Under the pieces are notes generated by a model that was given only the letters and a program-made list of their open reading frames with translations, had not been told where the DNA came from and made no database searches. 64,000 nucleotides of DNA, from contig CAUYUJ010000334.1 in the NCBI GenBank assembly GCA_963575745.1, positions 1 to 64,000 on the forward strand. The letters are read 5' to 3'. This DNA is from Prorocentrum cordatum (Eukaryota). The translations under genes were made by a program, and so were the position numbers. This document shows positions 59,032 to 64,000 of this stretch, piece by piece (the stretch's first letter is position 1; every line of letters begins with the position of its first letter).

Positions 59032-62000
59032 GATCGTCGTCGTCATTGTCGTCGCCGTCTTCGCCGCTGCGGTCGCCGTGGTGGCGGTGGTGGTCGTCGT
59101 CGTCGTCGTCGCCGCCGTCGTCGCTGCCAGTCTCGCTCTCTGAGCTACGAGGCCTCCTTTTCTCCTCCTCCTCCTCCTCCTCCTCCTCGCTCCTCGCTCC
59201 TCGCTCCTCCTCCTCCTTCGCCTCGCTTCTCCTCCTCGCTCCTCCTCCTCCTCCTCCTCTCCTCCTCGTGGGCGTCGAATGGGGTGGGGAGGACTCGAGA
59301 CTTGGGGTGTGTGGATACCCTGGCTGGGGCCACGACAATCTCCCAAATGTTACGCCCCTCTCTTTTGTCCACGCATCCTAACCCATCCCCATGCCTTGGT
59401 GCGGTGGTGGACCGTACGGTGACCTAGAAATGCCAAAAGACTTCACCGCACGGTCAGTCACCTGTACAGTGCGGACTTTGGAGGCCCCAGTCGCTGGAGA
59501 CATCCTCGGAGAACGACCCAAGTCCCAAAACAGGGCGCCCACCGCGAATCCCCGCTGACTCAACCTGGCGGTGTGGTCACTGCACCGTTTTGGGGCTTCC
59601 GATCCTCATCCTCGCTCCTCCTCGCTCTTCGCTTCTCCCCAGAACTCTGACGTCGTGATCTTTTCGCAGCGTGGACCCCCAGAAGTCTGGGCCCCTTCTT
59701 GCGGACTGCTCTTTTACTCCGCGTCGTGTTTGGTGAAGGCGCTGGGGGCCCGGCGAGGGCTCCCGGATGCCGAGTCGTTCTGCAGCGAAATCGCCCGAAA
59801 ATTCGCTCGCTTGGCCAGCATCGACCCGGATGCCGCGGCAGCAGTGCACAAGAATCCCACTGTGCGTGAACAAGTTCCGGAGAGGAGGATAAAGCGGAGG
59901 AACAGGCGAGGGAGCGGGTTGCCCTGGCAAGCAGGGGCGGCAAGCGTGCTGCTTCAGACTCCTGCGGCCCCAAGCGGCCAGTACTTGAATCCAGCACCAC
60001 ACGAGGTGGGAAGGCGACGAGGAGTGACTGAACTATCAACGCATCTCTGTCCTGGGGCTTTGCTGTGTTCCGGCTCGCTAAGAGCATTCGGCATGTGTGC
60101 GGAGCTACACTGTCAATGCTGCGCTTGCTTTTGGCTCTGCCGTATTCCTGCTCTGAACGCACACCGCCTGAGGCAGCGGAGAACTTGAGAGATCCATCCA
60201 ACAAATGGCGACCCAACCATGGGTCCGTGGGTGTCGAGTGTACGGCTGCCGTGGACCGTCGGCCGCCGCGCCCCCCCAGCGAAGAGGAGGAGGAGGAGGA
60301 GGAGGAGGAGGAGGAGGAGGAGGAGGAGGAGGGGAGGCAGGAAGGAGAAGGAGGAAGGAGGAGAGGAGGAGGAGGGAGGAGGAGGAGGAGGAGGGAAGGG
60401 AGGAGGAGGAGGAGGAGGAGGGAGGAGGAGGAGAGAGGGGGAGGGGAGGGAGGGAGGAGGAGGAGGAGGAGGGGAGGAGGAGGGAGAGAGGAGGAGGGAT
60501 GCGGAGGAGGAGGAGGAGGATGAGGATGAGGAGGAGGAGGAGGAGGGAGGAGGGGCGTCTCCCAGGTTCCTCTCCTTCCCTTCTCCTTTCCCGCTCCTTG
60601 CCTCGGGCGGGGGCGCGCGCGCGCGAGCCCAACGGTGGGGTTGGGTGGCTCACACCTCACGGCCGTGCTCCCGCCTCCTCAACCTTCCCGTTCTTCCCGC
60701 CTCGTCTCCCTCCTCTCTGTCTCCCTCCTTCATGCCGCTTTTTTTGGGGGGGGCTTGGGCCCTTTCGCTGGTGCCTGGGTGGACTGTCGCCTCGCCTGGA
60801 CATTGAGAGAAGCAGCCGGACATGCGCACCCCCTCTGTGGCGCGGGGTGGCAGGTCGGTCGATACGCCTGACCCCCGTGGGCACTTGTTCCCAAAGTTGG
60901 ACAGGTGCCGGGGTCGTGGAATCAGCAGCAGGAGGAGCGGGGGCGAGCCAGCGCTGGAGCGAGGAGCGAGGAGGGGCGGATGGTGGGGGAGCAAGCCGAA
61001 GGTGGGGGAGTGAGGAGGGGCGGATGGTGGAGGAGGGGCGGATGGTGGAGCAGCGGGGACTGTGGACGGTGGAGGGGCGGACGTTGGAAAAGGAGTGGGT
61101 GGGTGGAGGAGCGAGGAGGGGCGGATGGTGGAGCGAGGAGGGGCGGATGGTGAGGGCGGGGAGGGGCGGATGGTGGGGGAGCGACGGGCGGATGGTGGGC
61201 GAGGAGGGGCGGATGGTGGCGGAATGACACGCCGCAGATGCGAGGAGCGCAGGCCCCCGACGTTGTGACTCTTGCGCGACGAAGATCCGTGGAGTCTCAG
61301 GCCCTTTCGGGGGAGGCGAAAGGGTAGGATAGTAAAGGGCAGGGTAGAACATCAGCTCACCTAGCTGGGTTTCCTGCGCTTCCTGGCGCCCGGAGGCGCC
61401 CATGTATCGAGGGGGGGGGTACGAAACCAGCTGCACGCAGCAGATTTCGTACCCCCCGTCCCCCCTTTCCCTCTCCCCTCCTTTCGTTCGGTCCGACCCT
61501 CCCCCGGGACCAGTCTCTCCTCCCGAGCCGTTTGCTCGACGGCCCCCGGGCCCGGCGAAGGCCCCCCGAAGCCGCAACGCAAGTGGCCCAACATCTCCCG
61601 TCGCGACTCTTCCGCGGCGCGAGGGGCTCTGGGGAGACCTGGGTGGCTGGGGCGAGGACCATGGCGTGGCCGACGCGAGGGGGAACGCTGGGGGGAACCG
61701 GCTCGAGGGTAACATCGGCGACACATCGCCGCTGGATCGGCGACATGCCCCCGATGGCCGCTGTCGGGCCCCTACCAGGGAGCCCAGACTCGAATCGAGA
61801 AATCGGGTCTGCAATCGACATGGGTCGGATCGGTGGGAATCGGCAGCCGAGTCGGGAAAAGTCAGATCGGCGGACATCGGCAGGCCAGTAGGCCTCCCAT
61901 GAGAAATCGGAGCCCAAATCGGAATCCCAAATCGAATCGAATCGGAATCGGCAACCATCGAAATCGAATCGAGCCGAACCGGAGGAATCGAAACGAGCCC

Positions 62001-62937
62001 TGCCCCTGTCGGCGATCAGTGGGCGATTGGGGCATCCTCCCCTCATGTTGCCTCCGAGGCGGGCAGGGACCGACTGTCCCTGCATTCCTATAGTCCTACC
62101 ACGAAGTGTTCTTAGAACCCAACAAAGTTCGGATAACCAGAACAATGTTCTCATAACATCAAGGCGATGCGATAAGACAAGACAGACTCCGCCAGAAATG
62201 TTCTAAGAACTTCTCGTGGAAGCCACAACAGGTTCTTAGAACATTGTCTGGTAGGGCTATAGGCGAGCCAGGACGCTTCGCCACTGCTTGACTGAGGCGG
62301 GCTCGAAGCATCGAGCGGGCTGAGGCAGGCGCTGCGCGCTCTCCGCCGCGACGAAGGCCCGCCGTGCCGCTCCAGACGCTGCGCGCGCGCGACCACCGGC
62401 GCAAGGCATCTCGTGCGCTGCTTCAGTCAGGAGAGGAAAAAACACACAGACACAATTAATCCTCGATTCTCAGAATATATGGGAAAATATGGGAAGTGGG
62501 GGGGAAGACAGAAACCCAGAAAATATGGAAAAATATGGGGAATCTTTTTTATTTGTGTATTTATTTGTGTGTCCCAGTTCCCTTTCATTCAGGGGGGCAG
62601 CGGACGGGTAGGAGCAAGGGAAGCCGACCCTGAAGGGCTGGAACAAGCAGGAATCGAGCGTGTCAACGTGATCGTATCCGGCGTGTCGTCGTCGGGCGGA
62701 AGAGGGGGGGGGGGAAGAGAGGTGCTGGGGCCCGCGCCGATCGGCAAAACAATGACAAAGAAAACGGTCGCAATGGAAAAACAGACGGACTACAATAATC
62801 ACAAACTTCTGGACGTTCGCACGGATTTCTGGGATCCGCGCTGGGCCCCTCTCTCTAGCGCGCCGGAGGCGCCGCCAAGGGTCCCCACGCGGACCCCGAG
62901 AAACCCGCGGAGCTTCGACAGTTTGTGCTTATGCGTT

Positions 62938-62939
62938 CG

Positions 62940-62989
<50 letters not shown>

Positions 62990-63295
62990 GCTATGGTTGT
63001 TGTTATTATTGTTGTCGTTGTGGTTATTGTTGTTGTTGGCGTTGTTGTTGTCACTGTTGTTGTTGATGTTGTTATTGTTGTCGTTGTTGGTGTTGCTGTT
63101 GATGTGGTTGTTGATGATGATGTTGCTGTTGTTGTCGTTGTTGCTGTTGTCGTCGTCGTCGTCGTCGTCGTTGTCGTTGTTGTTGTTGTTGCTGTTGTTG
63201 TTGTTGTTGTTGTTGTTGAAGTTGTTGTTGTTTTTGTTGTTGTAGTTGTAAGTGTAGTTGTATTTGTTTGTTCTTGTTGTTGTTGTTGTTGTTGA
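62938..63295. repeat. (GTT)n/(GTC)n microsatellite
   Basis: Seen directly in the sequence. Confidence 0.95.
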
Positions 63296-64000
63296 ACATT
63301 ATTACTTCTAAAGAATAATTATTGTTGGGGCCCCTGGTGCACGACCCCCCCGCCGCGCCTAGGCCGCAGCCTCATTTTCATTATTTTCGTGAGGAAGTCT
63401 CAGGCAAAACGGGGGAGTCCGGATCCGGTTGTGTTGTTACGATCGGTTTTCCCTTGCAGAAAAATAACTGAAGTGGACATTTCTTGTTCTAACATATCCA
63501 AACTTCAAGAATCCCTTGCAAAAATAAGATAAAGTGGACATTCGCGCGCGCAAGACGAAATCCTTCCAAAACGTTAGTTTTCGTAGCGATTTTTAACATA
63601 AAAACATAAAAAACCAATGGTTTTTCAAAAAAATGTCAAAATTTCATCCCGCGCGCTCTTGCGGATTCGTAGGAAACCCAACACTTTTTAAAACATTTCT
63701 GTCAAACGGGCTTTTGCGAGCAACTTTTTCGAACTTCTTCTGCAACAACGGTTGCGCACCTGCCAGGGCCATCATCCCTGTCAAATAATACCATGCGGAC
63801 ACATTCGTTTTTTCTTCGCGCGCGCACGCCGTCGTCGTCGGCCGCGGGGCCCTGAATAGTAGCCACGGTCGTCCGCATGCCACGAAGTGAAGTGTCCGAA
63901 CGTCATAGGGCGGGAAGCTGGGTGTGGGTGGTGGCGAAGAGTCGTTTGGAAATTTGGTAGAGCTTGAACCGGCCCCCCACAAAGTGGGGGTATTGCCCGC

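Noticed and set aside
59400..60240. Non-repetitive block with ORFs, loosely similar to 9200-9870 and 43960-44160
   Set aside because: Probably a decayed dispersed element; no motif could be confirmed.

Overview
Repeat-rich eukaryotic DNA from a dinoflagellate: an exact 22-nt dinoflagellate spliced leader (DinoSL, TCCGTAGCCATTTTGGCTCAAG) lies at 30512-30533 (-). No host gene could be called with confidence. The core of the window is a nested mobile-element structure. A full-length, SL-capped non-LTR retrotransposon (LINE-A, 11747-30533, - strand; zinc-finger/coiled-coil ORF1, APE-RT-RNase H ORF2) sits between (GGA)n tracts. It is interrupted by an 11,991-bp DNA transposon (12089-24079) with 13-bp TIRs (CTTGAATCACCGC) and a TA target duplication; removing the transposon restores the LINE reading frame exactly. 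The transposon carries a CMC/Plavaka-like transposase plus four co-oriented intronless cargo genes, and most of its five genes are preceded by relict spliced leaders. A second LINE (LINE-B, about 35888-43437, -) has APE-RT-C2H2 followed by extra ORFs downstream. The rest is an old RT fragment, several MITE families, satellites and microsatellites. Protein family assignments come from motif recognition by eye, not from database searches.
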